The notes: generated by a model from the sequence alone, not told the origin. A stretch of 64,000 nt of DNA from the human T2T-CHM13v2.0 reference genome, Homo sapiens (GCF_009914755.1 NC_060926.1), one strand, 5' to 3'; counted from the stretch's first letter, positions 1-16,598 are shown. Translations and numbers: made by a program.

Positions 1-6
1 AAATCA

Positions 7-490
<484 letters not shown>

Positions 491-525
491 AAACTTTTAA
501 AATTTTGAAGTAATTTCAGTCTCAG

Positions 526-895
526 TATATTAGTCCATTCTCATGCTTCTAATGAAGACATACCTGAGAGTAGGAAATTTATAAAGGAAAGAGGTTTAAT
601 TGACTCACAGTTCAGCATGGCTGGGGAGGCCTCAGGAAACTTATAATCATGGCAGAAGGGGAAGCAAACACGTCCTTCTTCACATGGCGGCAGCAAGGAG
701 AAGTGCCAACCAAAAGGGGGAAAAGCCCCTTATAAAACCATCAGATCTCGTGAGAACTCACTCACTATCATGAGAACAGCATGAGGGTAACTGCCCCCAT
801 GATTAAATTGCCTCCCACTGGGTCTCTCCCATGATATGTGGGGATTATGGGAACTACAATTCAAGATGAGATTTGGTTGGGGACAAACCATATCA
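526..895 (-). mobile_element. THE1 (ERVL-MaLR) solo LTR, THE1C/D-like
   Basis: Reverse complement starts TGATATGGTTTG..CCCCAACCAAATCTCATCTTGAATTGTAGTTCCCATAATCCCC, the THE1 LTR start; 370 bp long; perfect 5-bp TSD CTCAG at 521-525 and 896-900. Confidence 0.92.
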
Positions 896-899
896 CTCA

Positions 900-2320
900 G
901 GACAGATACAAGAATAGTACAATTAATTTCTGAATATCCTTTCCCCAGTTTCAATAGTCATTAATGTTTTGCCACATTTGCTTTATCAATCACTTTCTCT
1001 TTTTGTCTGTCTACATAAATACATATTATTATTATTATTATTATAACAGCTTTGTTGAGATACAAGTCATATACCATATATGCAACCATTACCACACAGC
1101 AAATTTTAGAATATTTTCATCACCTAAAAAAGAAACTCTGGGCCAGGCGTGGTGGCTTATACCTGTAATCATCCCAGCACCTTGGGGGGCCAAGGTGGGG
1201 GGGAATTGCTTGAGCCCAGGAGTTCGAGACCAGCCTGGGCAACAAGGCAAGACCCTATCTTTATAAAAAATAAATTAGCCAGGTGTGGTGGCATGTGCCT
1301 TTGGTCCCATCTCCTGGGGAGGCTGAGGCAGGAGGATCCCAGGAGGTTGAGGCTGCAGTGAGCCATGATTGCACCACTGCACTCCAGCCTGGGTGACAGA
1401 GTGAGACCCTATCTCAAAAAAAGAAAAACAAACCAAAAAACAAAACCCTGTACCTCTTTTAGCTATCACCTCCCTAAACCCAATTCACCTCAGCCCTAAG
1501 CAACCACTAACCTACTCTCTGTCTTTATAGACTATAATATGTAGTCTCTATATAGACAGAATAGACTACAATGTCTATTCTGGACATTGCATATAAACAC
1601 AGTCATATAATCTGTAGTCTTTAGTGACTCACTTTTTTCACTTAGCATAATGTTTTCAAGATTCGTCCATTTGTAGCATGTATCAGCCCTTCATTCATTT
1701 TTATGGCTTTATTACAGTCTAATATATGGATGTATCTCATTGTGGCTATCCATTCATCACTTGATGGACATGGGGTTGTTTCTGTATTTTGACTATTATG
1801 ATTAATGCTGCTATGAACATTCCCGTACAAGTTTTTGTGTGGACATATGTTTCATTTCTCTGGGACATACACCTAGGAGCGGAATTTCTGGGCCATACAA
1901 TAGCCATATGCTTAATTGTTTGGGGAATAATAATGTACTTATATTTTATTTCTGAACCATTTTGAGGTGAAGTTGCAGACATGTCCCTTTATCCCTAAAT
2001 ACTTCAGAGAAGCCAAACCAAGGACATTCTTTTTCATAACCACGTTTCAATGATCCAATTCAGGAAATTTAACATTGATACAATATTACTGTTATATAAT
2101 CCACATGCAAATTTTGCCAATTATGTCCTTAACAGCAATTTCCCCCCCATCCAAGATGCAAGCTGGGATCACGCACTGCATCTAGTTGTTCTGTCTCTTT
2201 CCTTTCCTTCGGTCTGGTGCAGTTCCTCAGCCCTTCTTCATCTTTGTGTAGTTTTGTGAAATGTCTCTCAGTTTAGGTTTATCTGATGTTTGGATGGATG
2301 AGTTTCAAGGCTTGTCCATG
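900..2320 (-). mobile_element. Old L1M 3'-end fragments, nested, interrupted by an AluJ (+) at ~1141-1445
   Basis: Antisense L1M 3'UTR-type motifs (CATTCATCACTTGATGGACAT, GCTGCTATGAACATT, TTTTTGTGTGGACATATGTTT); Alu with AAAACTCTG/AAAACCCTG flanks. Confidence 0.75.
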
Positions 2321-2339
2321 TAGTGGGCACTGAGGTCCA

Positions 2340-2960
2340 GTCGTGTAGCTGCCCAGGCAGAGGAGGAGACTTGGCTCGGCAGGAGCCCTGACCCCTTCCA
2401 ACCCCACCGCGATTGCACCGCGCTCTGCAGCGAAGGGACGGGCCGCAGACCCAGACCCAGGGCTGAGCCCGGCAGTGGAAAGTGCCCCACCTGGACACCT
2501 GGAGGGTTTACTGGGAAGTGCCAAGAGAAAGAAAGGGGTTGTGCGGGAGCTTCGTTCACGCCCTTTCCCAGGAACAGCTCAGGGGCCTGGAGGGCGCGGG
2601 AGTGTGTCCCCAGGCCGGGCCGTGGGCAAGCACTTCCCATCGCGGCACCGAGGGCTCCCGGACCTCGCCAACCCGAGCCGCCCGGGAAAGGCTGCAGCGC
2701 GTCGCCGGGATATCCGGGAAGGGCGGGCGCGGGGGAGACCAGCAGGCCGGTGCTGGGAAGGCGCTGCCCCTTCTGGGAAGGGCCTTGATGCAAGGGCACA
2801 CCCCCATGCCCGCGCCCTGCACCCCCGCTTCCGGCAGCCCCGGCGGGGCTCTCGGGAAGGCGCGGGGCGGGGGCGGCTGATTCTAATCCGAGGCCCAAGA
2901 TGGAGATTGGGCGCCGGGAGGCGGCTGGCTTCACTGGGTCCTGGCCCTGAGCCGGTTTGC
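2340..2960. promoter_or_regulatory. Orphan CpG island, promoter- or enhancer-like
   Basis: Very GC-rich and CpG-dense, non-repetitive; GC boxes (GGGGCGGGGGCGG ~2864-2876), reverse CCAAT (ATTGG ~2906), GAS-type TTCTGGGAA at 2771-2779. No recognisable coding exon follows. Confidence 0.75.
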
Positions 2961-3729
2961 TGGGCTGGGCCTACCAAAGGCCCCACCAACTTTTGCAAGA
3001 AGACTTTTCTGGGTGCTCCCTCAACATTATTGATTGAGAAGAGCCCCAGATAATGTGCCATCCTACCGCACAGCTGCCAACTTCCACCTGAGGCAGCGGT
3101 GGTTGGGCTGTTCGTTGTTCATTCGTTCATTCATTTTGTGGCTGCAGGTATCTGCCTGCTCCCCACCTTTCCCCCTCCCTGTTGGGGAAGAGGCTCAGTA
3201 GGGCTTCCAGGTAACAGTCCTGTACCTAACCTGCTTCTGCTGAGAACACCTGTCCTCATAGTGCCACCCGACCTGCCCTCCCTCAGCCCCAGGGCCTTGA
3301 ATTCTGGCCACCCCAGGACTGAGCTGGCCTCTGCCCACTTTACAATGAGGGCGACAGACACCAGGGGGAAAGGCAGGGCCTTAGGGAGCTAGCCAGGAAG
3401 AGGTAGAATGGGGAGAGGAGGAAGGCACCAGGCAGGGACCAGGCCAAGAGCGCTGCAGGAATGTCATAGTCATCCGAGTTTGCACCCTGACAGTCTGCAG
3501 ATATGCGTTGTTCTGTCCTCACAGGCTTTTGAAAATTGGAAAAGTTCACATAAAAATCCAGATATCTGATTTTTCTTGACAAATAAAAGGATCTGCCAAC
3601 ACCAAGCTTGCATTCCTGTGGCAGCCAGGACTGAATCAGGAACCTTCCCTGGACCTGGCAGTGGCCACACACCCCTTCTTATTGTTTAAACTTTCTGCAC
3701 TAGCTCCATTACTTGCCTCTTCCCCAAGG

Positions 3730-3900
3730 GCACCTGTGAGCTCACTCAATCCTCACCATACCCTGTGAGGTCAGGAACCCGATTCCATTTTGTACAGAAA
3801 GAAAGCAAGGTGAGAGGTCAACCACCTCGCCCAAGGTCACAGCCAGAGAGAGGTAGGGCTGGGATTCTCCCCCAGGTTATCTGCTCCCTGGATGATGCTC
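3730..3900 (-). mobile_element. MIR fragment
   Basis: Degenerate MIR core: ATCCTCAC..CCCTGTGAGG..CCATTTT..CAG..CCCAAGGTCACAGC..GCTGGGATT. Confidence 0.55.
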
Positions 3901-6169
3901 TCTTCACTCTGCTGTACTGTTTCCTTGTGGGAGATCCGGTGTCTTCAGCAGCAGCTGGGTGGACGGCAGATGTAGACAGCAAATGGAAAGCCCTTGGCCA
4001 TCGTAGTCTGGGGCTTTCTAGGCCACCACAGAGTCCTGAGCTGGGCTACACAGCTCTTGGCTGAGGCTCTGGAGTGGTGCCACCGAAGTGTGGAGCAAGA
4101 AGGTTCGGTCCATGGTCCCACAGTAAACTCAGGCAGGCGAAAGGACATGGGCACCTCTGTGTGGGGGTGTTGGCCTCTAGTCAATTAAGGGGTGCTCTTT
4201 CTTCGTTGCTTCTCTCTCTTTGCTGGAAGTGGGCTCCCTCTGCCAGTGTTTTGCTCCATATGGCTTTCTTGCGCCCACATGGGGGCAATTGATGGAGAAT
4301 AGTGTCAAGATTTTCTTAGTGCATAAATCACAGTACATTACAGTCAGGCTTCCCTGAGCACAGCTCTTTCTGCTCAGTTGTGCGTTCTCCTCCTGGAAAG
4401 GTTTGCTAACCCTTTTCCTGATTGGGCTTGTCCAATACTTCTAGCAATTTCTAGAAATGAATCAAAGGGCAGTACCTTACGGTCACAGAGGGTCGGAGGA
4501 AGCTAAGGTAACTGCCTTCTAAGAGTAGTTCAGCTGTATATGGTACTCTACAGTTTATAAAACCTTTTCACACTCTTGTGTATTCCTTTGGTTCACACAA
4601 CTTTAGAGCTGTACAGAGGAGCAATTTGCAAACTTACCTTGAGCAAATTCCTTTCCTCTTTTTCTGTTTTGATTTCCTCATTGAAGAAAAAACAAGATAA
4701 TACTCTCTTTTTAAGGTATTTTCAGGCAAAGCTACTCTGCTTTCTAACTCCTGGGAGTGCTATTCACATTGAATGCCATGTGATGGGTCCTCTTGGGATT
4801 GTGCAATGGGCAGAACTCCTCATATGCATGTTGTGAGGATGAAATGACATCATTTATGTACTAGCACAAGTCCTGGGAGATAGTAGGTGATTAATAAATG
4901 CTTATCAAGTGAGTGAACTACTCACTTGGTCATGATGAATTCTGAAGGACGCTTATAGGAAGAAGGAAGTTGTACCGGCCCCCTGTGGCTGGTGTTGCCT
5001 TTCCTGCCCATTTTTTTTTTGTATCTCTTGCCAAGTTGCCCTTTGTCCTAGGCCTCTGGGCTCCCAGCCGGCTGGAGGCACAGAGTTATCTGTGGGGCCT
5101 GGAGTGCTGGGCCTGGGCTGTGTAATGACCAGCCTTCCGCTTGCTTCAAGTTTCCGCTGGGGGGCTGGAAGCCACAGCATCCAGATGGCTAATTGCTTTG
5201 TGCCTGTTTCTGCAAATCACAGTGATTCACTGTCCCTGCTGAAAACACGCTCTCTTTTCAAAGATTTAATGGTTTCCAAAATTAATTTAGCCTCATCTGT
5301 TATCCCCCTGCCCTTCTGCACTGTCCTCTCTCTCCCCAGCACCCTCTTTTTTTTCCCTCCCTTCTCCCCATCCCATGATGGAGCATTCTGCGCCAAAAGC
5401 CAGCTTTCACTCTGCAGGGCAACGTGGAGAGGGATGAAAAGCCTAGACCCCTTAGCACGGTCACCTGAACACAAGCTGAGTGTGGCGTATCAAGTGGAAG
5501 CCCAGGAGGGAAGAGCCAGTGGCACAGTTATCTCCCACCACCCGACATGCTCCGGCCGCCAGCTCTGGTCTGACCGACGCTTCGGATGAAGAACTCCAAG
5601 CAGCCCCCTATTCGTACTGTTTTCCTCAGTGAACTCCCAGGGATCACCTGCTTTTTATGTGTGACGAATGTGGTCAGTTTTGTTTGCTTTTGACAGCTCA
5701 TTATGGGTCCATGAGGTCAGAGTCCTGGCTGAAAGGCCAGAAGTTTAGGGAGCCTATCTCCAGCTGATACTCGCTTGCTTCTTGACCATCTTTGGGCTTC
5801 TGTTCTTTCCCAGTAGCATAAAGCTTGTATGATTCTGACCTCTGGCACCTATGCATTATTTAATCAACATTTATTGGGGCTGTCTCCATGCCAGGCATGT
5901 GGTAGGCCCTAGTGGGGCAGGGGTAAAAAACCGCTGCAATCCTGGCCTTTCAGGAACTCAGTCTAGAGGGAGAAAGAAAACACCTGAGGCCAGAGGGCTC
6001 TCTCTGATCTGCTTCTTCTATTTCAAGTCTGTGCTTTTAACTATATTGAATTTCCCAGTTATTATATCTTCTTAATGAATTGTTGATTTTATCAGTATGG
6101 AATGTCCATCCCACTTTGACCCTTGTAATGCCTTTTACCTTAAATTCTATTTTATTCTGCCCATCACTA

Positions 6170-8310
<2,141 letters not shown>

Positions 8311-8399
8311 ATCTACCCCTCCCTCCCTCCCTGCAGTCTCCCTCTCAAGAGATTATTACTTCAAATCTTCTGGCTGTTTTTTCCCCCTGATAATTTCTT

Positions 8400-8722
8400 T
8401 GTTGTTGTTGTTGTTGTTGTTGTTTCTTTATTTTTGAGACAGGGTCTTGCTCTGTCGCCAGGGCTGGAGTGCAGTGGCATGAACTCAGCTCACTGCAGCC
8501 TCCACCTTCCAGGCTCAACTCAAGCAGTCGTCTCACCTCAGCCTCTGCATTAGATGGGACCACAAGCACGTGCCACCATTCCTGACTTTTTTTTTTTTTT
8601 TTCCGAGAGATAGGGTTTAGCCATGTTGCCCAGGCTGGTCTCAAACTCCTGGGCTCAAGCAATCCACCCACCTAGGCCTCCCAAAGTGCTGGGATTACAG
8701 GCAAGAGCCACCATGCCTAGCC
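8400..8722 (-). mobile_element. AluJ with a (GTT)n-derived tail
   Basis: Antisense Alu with CTCCTGGGCTCAAGCAATCC (J-type); (GTT)7-8 at ~8401-8424. Confidence 0.85.
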
Positions 8723-9104
8723 TCTCCTTGTTTTTAAGTGATATGCTTATACTATTATTTCTTGATACTGTAGGGACACAGCTCTGCCATGGCACCTGGT
8801 GACCTTGCATATATCCAAATAGGGCACCAAGGCAAAGGCTTGAACCACAATGAATATGAATCTTGGCAGAATGCCTGTGGTCCTCTCAGAACACAAGACA
8901 GTACGGGAGACTTGTAAAGAGCTGCTAAGAAGCCACTTTCCATCCACGTCTTAGCTCCCCTGGGAGGCTGTCATAAGACAGTTATTTATTGCCCTCTGGG
9001 TTCTGAGGAGGTATGTGGCTTTCTGCCCTGTCCCCTCCCCACTTTAGGTCATCCGTTCTTTTTCTTTCTTGGCTTTGAAAATTTTTAATTTATTCTTTTC
9101 AAAA

Positions 9105-10040
<936 letters not shown>

Positions 10041-10139
10041 ATTTATTTTTGATGTTCTCTAGTTTCACAATAATGTTTTTATATTTCCTCATTTCTGGAA
10101 AAATTTCAACCATGATCTCTTTGAGAAAATGACTTTTTG

Positions 10140-11092
<953 letters not shown>

Positions 11093-11254
11093 TCAGAATT
11101 CTTATTATAGGAATCTTGACACATTTAAAAAATCTTGTCTCTTTTATCTTTCTGGCTATGATCTAGGAGACTTCCTCACTTAGATTTTTCAGATCACTAA
11201 ATACAAAAGAAAAAAGAAAAAAAGGAAAAAACCTAAAAAGAATCGAATCACTAA

Positions 11255-11548
11255 AGCCCCATACCTCAGAATAGAGCTGAAGAATATAACTACTTAGCCA
11301 CAATCTAAGATTGATTCCTCAGCAGTGGGTATCCAACAACTCACGTTTCAGTCATCGGCCCCTTTTGTGTCATCCTTTTTGATGTGTGAGAAAAGGATCA
11401 CAGGGAGCTAGCACTTTTGGCTTATTCTTATTTTTTTTCTCTCTCTATAAGTAATAAACTGTCTAAATCTGAAGTGGTTCATTGTATCTTTGCTGATTGA
11501 ATCAGTCAGGTCTTGGCCTTACCTTGTCTTGCAGGCACAAGCTTGACA
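11255..11548 (+). mobile_element. Old ERVL-type LTR 3' fragment (LTR40-like, tentative)
   Basis: AAGTAATAAACTGTCT poly(A)-signal region followed by a U5-like segment ending GCTTGACA; family assigned from memory. Confidence 0.45.
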
Positions 11549-12431
11549 GACACCATCTATTGATTTCTTGTGTGATAATTAAGGTTTTAGTTTTCTTACA
11601 TTTTCCCTCCCTCATATAAACATAGTATGATTTTTTTAAAAATTAAGTCAGTAGTCAATGTTTATATTATTATGGCTCTACTGAACATGGTATTGCATAA
11701 TGACATTCCCTCCAGCTTTGTGTTTTTCCTGCAGTTAAGAGTTGCCATAGTTTTTCTTTTGCTTAGTTTTAAAAAATATGTATTGCTAATATTTTCCAAA
11801 TGTTCTATGTATATCTGTTAAACATCTAGCAATGCTTTTTTCCCCCAAATGTCCAAGTGTATGAAATAATTGGTCACTATCCCTTCCTCTACTGCCATAG
11901 ATCTCCCTTCTTAGCCCTGTCATCTTGCTACAATTTGGACATATTACTCTGTACAGCTGGGGCTCAGGTGTCATCTTAGGACTTCTTATCATCAGTCTTC
12001 TCCTTTGCATTGCTTCTCTGTTTTCTGAAATCCCTTTGTTCCTTGTTCTTGGCTTAGTCTTTCATTTCACTGAATCATATCCTTCACTATCTTCCTAAGA
12101 AAAGGTGTGTAGGAGGTAAAAATTTTGAGTTCTTACATATCTGGAAATGTCTTTATTCCACAGTTATCCTTTATTTGGCTAAGTATAGAATGCCAGGATA
12201 AAAATAATTTTCACTCAGAACTTTGGGTGCCCAACACTACTCTCCTCCTGCACTGCTGTTGTACTCCTTCATACATGACATGATTTTCTCTTTAGAGGTT
12301 ATTAGCTTATTCCCATTTTCCTGGAATTCTGAAATTTAAAATTATTGCCTTGGAATTTTCCCCCATTCTAATGGACACATTAGTGGACACTCAATTTGGA
12401 GATTTATGTCCTTCACTTCCGGGAAAATCAA

Positions 12432-12439
12432 TCTATCTG

Positions 12440-12485
<46 letters not shown>

Positions 12486-12492
12486 ATCTATC
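12432..12492. repeat. (TCTA)n tetranucleotide STR
   Basis: TCTA TCTG followed by ~11 uninterrupted TCTA units, then decaying TCAA/TCCA units. Confidence 0.95.
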
Positions 12493-12667
12493 CATCAATC
12501 AATCATCTATTCATTCTATCCTTTGTTTTCTCTGTTTCAAAGCTGAATAAAACTTTTGAAACTTTTTGAATATTCTTTTAACACTCTTTTCTTCTCCTTA
12601 GCTTTCACTCATTTTATTCTACTTTCTGGGAGATTTCTTCAACTTTATTTTCCTCCTCTTTTGACCA

Positions 12668-12832
12668 CTTTTTTTTTTTCTTTTTAGAGACAGAGTCTCA
12701 CTCTGTCACCTAGGCTGGAGTGCAGTGGCATGATCATAGCTCACTATAGCCTCAAACTCCTGGGCTGAAGTGATCCTCCTACCTCAGCCTCCCAAAGTGC
12801 TGGGATTACAGGTATAAGTCACTGCACCCAGC
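12668..12832 (-). mobile_element. Alu monomer/FLAM-like element within old antisense L1 sequence
   Basis: Single Alu arm with T-tail; TGACCAC on both flanks. Confidence 0.75.
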
Positions 12833-13225
12833 AGTGACCACATTTTTAATTTGTAAGAGCTCTTTATCATCCTCTGATTATTTCTACTTCACATCATCCT
12901 GCCCTTTTTCATGGCTGTGTATCTTCTTTTAAATCTCTGAGACTATCAGTTAAAAATACACATAAATTTTTTTTTAAAGTTTCTTTTTACATCATTTCTA
13001 TTTCCTTTGAGTTCATTTTTTTCTGTTTGTTTGTTTTGGTCTCTCTCTCTCTCTCTTTCATGTGGGATACTTTTTGCAAATTTCTGGTGATCCTGGGCTA
13101 TCCAGTCATATGGAATAGTGAGGCATCACAATGATTGGTGACTCTGTTATATGGACAGATATTTGACTGGCAGGTCTCAATCTGAGGCTATTTCATTGGG
13201 AGACCATAAAAGTCTCTCCTTAAGG

Positions 13226-13573
13226 TCACCGAAGGGTAGGTTTGAGATGTTTGGGTCGGGGGGCATTTTGACAGCATGGCTTCTCCTTTGGTATGTTTAA
13301 TTGTGATGTTTGACAGACATCCTTGTAGTCAAAGACGATACTTTTAAAATAAATTATCCCCCAATGATGACTTGGGCCCTGTCACTCAACGGGAGAATTA
13401 GCAGAGCCTGTAGGATCTTATTTGGAATTGACATTCTCTATTGTAATTTCATTCCTGTTTATTTTTAAATTTTCTTTGTGTTCCACCGGAAAAGAAAGAT
13501 GTTGCTCAGTTTTAAACTTAACAGTGCACAAGTTGCTTTGTTACAGTAAAACCCAATGTTTACACATGCACAC
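13226..13573 (+). pseudogene. Probable processed (retrocopied) mRNA 3'UTR fragment; donor tentatively KHSRP-like
   Basis: Non-TE, UTR-like sequence ending in a degenerate poly(A) signal (AGTAAA 13545-13550). Flanked by a decayed direct repeat, AAAGTCTCTCCTTAAGG (13209-13225) and AAAGTCCATCTTCAGG (13574-13589). Donor identity is from recall only. Confidence 0.5.
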
Positions 13574-14294
13574 AAAGTCCATCTTCAGGGGACTTTTCTC
13601 TGGGGCTAACAGTTTTTTTCCAGTGAAGAATCCTCCAGTCTTCTAGCCAGGGAACATATACCTGATAGTCCTTTTCTGGGAATGGGGTAAGGGAAGGAGC
13701 ATGGCATTGGGGTCCACTATTAACATGTAGACTTAAACATAATCCTCCTCCGGTCTCAGCCAGCACCTGCCCTATTGTGGCTGGGATCCTTGAACTTGGG
13801 GGTGCTCTGGTTCTATTTCTGTAAAGAAAAAAACCTCCAATCAAGTGCAGGGACATAGTTGCCTGACTATTTGGGATTGGGAGGGGATCTGGAATTGTAA
13901 TTTCTTCATATATGTCTTTCAATTGCTTCCCTAGGGTTTAGCCTATCCTTCAAACTCACTTCCTGCAGAATCTGCTGCCTCCAGGTTTCCAGCTCTCGGG
14001 GCTCTCTGGGAGGATCTGCTCAGTCCTCATCATCAGTGCCATCTTTGGGCCCTTTCAAGTCAGTTACCCCATGGCAGCCACTTTTTATCATCCCCAAATT
14101 TGCTAAGTTCTTCTGTCCACTGAGGTCCTCACTCCCATTCTCAGAGTTCTCATGGGTTTATGCTTTAAAAACTTTTGTGGGTCTTTGGAGAAAAAGGAGA
14201 TAAAGATGTATGGTCAATTTGTTATCTACAGTATCTCTGACATCACGTGTTGTGAGCCACCCACTTTTAAAACTAGATTTTTTTTTTTAATTTA

Positions 14295-14421
14295 AATTTT
14301 TATTTTTAAATTGACACATAATTATATATACTTAAGGGGTACAATGTGATTTATGTATATATGTTTATACATATATTTATATATGTGTATATATATCTAT
14401 CACATTGTACCCCTTAAGTAC

Positions 14422-14491
<70 letters not shown>

Positions 14492-14790
14492 AATACATGC
14501 ATATACAAGTACTATACACATACCCATACATTGTGGAATGATTATATCAAGCTGATTAACACATTCGTCACCTCACACCCTTATTTTTTGTAGTAAGAAC
14601 ATTTACAAAAAATTCTTTTAGCAATTTCAAAATATACTCTACATGATTATTAACTATGGTCATCATGTTGTGGAACAGACCTGGAAAACTTCTTTCTCCT
14701 GTCTAACTGAAACTTTGCACCCTTTGGTCAACATCTCCTCCTTCCTTGCCTTCCTAGCCTCTAGTAACCACCATTCTGCTCTCTGAAGTA
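14295..14790 (-). mobile_element. L1MA 3' end with an internal (TG)n(TA)n microsatellite (~14425-14488)
   Basis: TTGACACATAAT..AAGGGGTACAATGTGAT..CTGTCTAACTGAAACTTTG..GTAACCACCATTCT antisense L1MA end motifs; dinucleotide runs seen directly. Confidence 0.8.
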
Positions 14791-15852
14791 GGAATTTATT
14801 TTAAATGTTCCCTAAACATTTATTTCAAGCATCCAAGATTTCATAAAAATCTTTATGTCACCATCTTCTTACAGGTCTTGATCTATTCCCGGCCTTCGCT
14901 TTGCCAAACTAAAACCTCAGTTCTCATGTTGATGTTTTCACCAGGCTCCGGATTCTCTGGTTCTTTTTCTCTGGCCTCCCTTCAGTTGTCCTTCTGGAGG
15001 TCCATGACAAAAGATGCAGGCATCCCAGCCACCCCCTGGATGACAAAATCCTCTTCTACAAATATCTCTGCACTAAGCGGTTGCCTAGGCAGGGTAAAAG
15101 ACAGGACTTGCCTTTGGTGGGAGAGCGTGTTCTCCACATTCTTCCTCACTGTGGACAAAGTTCTCAGAAGCCACTTTGGCTTCAAGGAGGTATCCCTTAA
15201 ATGGTGTGTTCACACATCACCACGCACCACATTGCCCAAGGGAGCACTGCTATAATTAGCATGTGAGCTCCTCACCAGTCCATCACATTCTAGTAAACCC
15301 AGATGTAAGGGAGACTTGGTGGAAAAGAGGAGAAAGCCAAAAAGACAGACAAAACAAGAAGAAGAGGGGAAGAAGGATGATGGGGAAAGGGTGGTGATAA
15401 TATTCATAATAAGGTTTGTAATTAATGATTATAATAATTACTTGCATTTGCAAAGAATTTCCACGTGCATGGTTTCATTCACTATGTGTAACAACACAAA
15501 AAAGTACACACTTAGTCCCTATAGACTACCTTATGGGTTCAATCTATGGGTTCAATTCTAGAACTTAATTATAATGATCATCTATGACTTTCTTTCAGAG
15601 AAATTTGCTCCAAGTTTCAAACAGTGATTTATAAATGGAAATATACACTGTGTGGAAGTTCAGGGCTGCCTAAGTAGATGAAGGCATAGCTTGATTTCTC
15701 TGAAAAAGGAGGACTCATTCCACAGGGGTTGATGGTGAGTCTCCTCTGAGCCAGCTGTGGTGCTGAGTGCTGAGGTGACGGTAAAGATGAGTAGTGCATG
15801 GATGCTCCTGCCCACGGTGAGTGGATTTAAGAAGAGAGCACCTGATGCTGCC

Positions 15853-16598
15853 GAGGGATTACAAAGGAAAGATTCAGTGAGGCATTGCAAAGGAAAGATT
15901 CAGTGAGGGATTGCAAAGGAAGGGTTCAGTGAGGGATTGCAAAGGAAGGGTTCACCGAGGGATTGCAAAGGAAGGGTTCAGTGAGGGATTGCAAAGGAAG
16001 GGTTCAGTGAGGGATTGCAAAGGAAGGGTTCACCAAGTGATTGCAAAAGGATTCACTGAGGGATTGCAGAAGGATTCACTGAGGGATTTCAAAGAAAGGA
16101 TTCACCAAGGGATTGCAAATGAAGGATTCAGTGAGGGATTGCAAAGGAAGGATTCACTGAGGGATTGCAAAGGAAGGGTTCAGTGAGGGATTTCAAAGGA
16201 AGGATTCAGTGAGGGATTGCAAAGGAAGGGTTCAGTGAGGGATTGCAAAGGAAGGATTCAGTGAGGGATTGCAAAGGAAGGATTCACTGAGGGATTGCAA
16301 AGGAAGGGTTCAGTGAGGGATTGCAAAGGAAGGATTCAGTGAGGGATTGCAAAGGAAGGGTTCAGTGAGGGATTGCAAAGGAAGGGTTCACTGAGGGATT
16401 GCAAAGGAAGGGTTCAGTGAGGGATTGCAAAGGAAGGGTTCACTGAGGGATTGCAAAGGAAGGGTTCGGTGAGGGATTGCAAAGGAAGGGTTCGGTGAGG
16501 GATTGCAAAGGAAGGGTTCAGTGAGGGATTGCAAAGGAAGGGTTCATTGAGGGATTGCAAAGGAAGGATTCACTGAGGGATTGCAAAGGAAGGATTCA
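15853..16598. repeat. 26-bp minisatellite (VNTR), ~29 copies, consensus GAGGGATTGCAAAGGAAGG(G/A)TTCA(G/C)T
   Basis: Contiguous tandem units read directly, with no spacers between them. Confidence 0.97.

Noticed and set aside
2305-3061. Overlapping 130-209 aa ORFs on both strands
   Set aside because: They coincide with the CpG island, where high GC content suppresses stop codons. The products are low-complexity and G/P/R/A-rich, with no recognisable domain.
15853-16598. CRISPR-like array or repeat-protein ORF (15911-16186)
   Set aside because: The units are contiguous with no unique spacers, there are no cas genes, and the context is human. The ORF is just a translation of the minisatellite.
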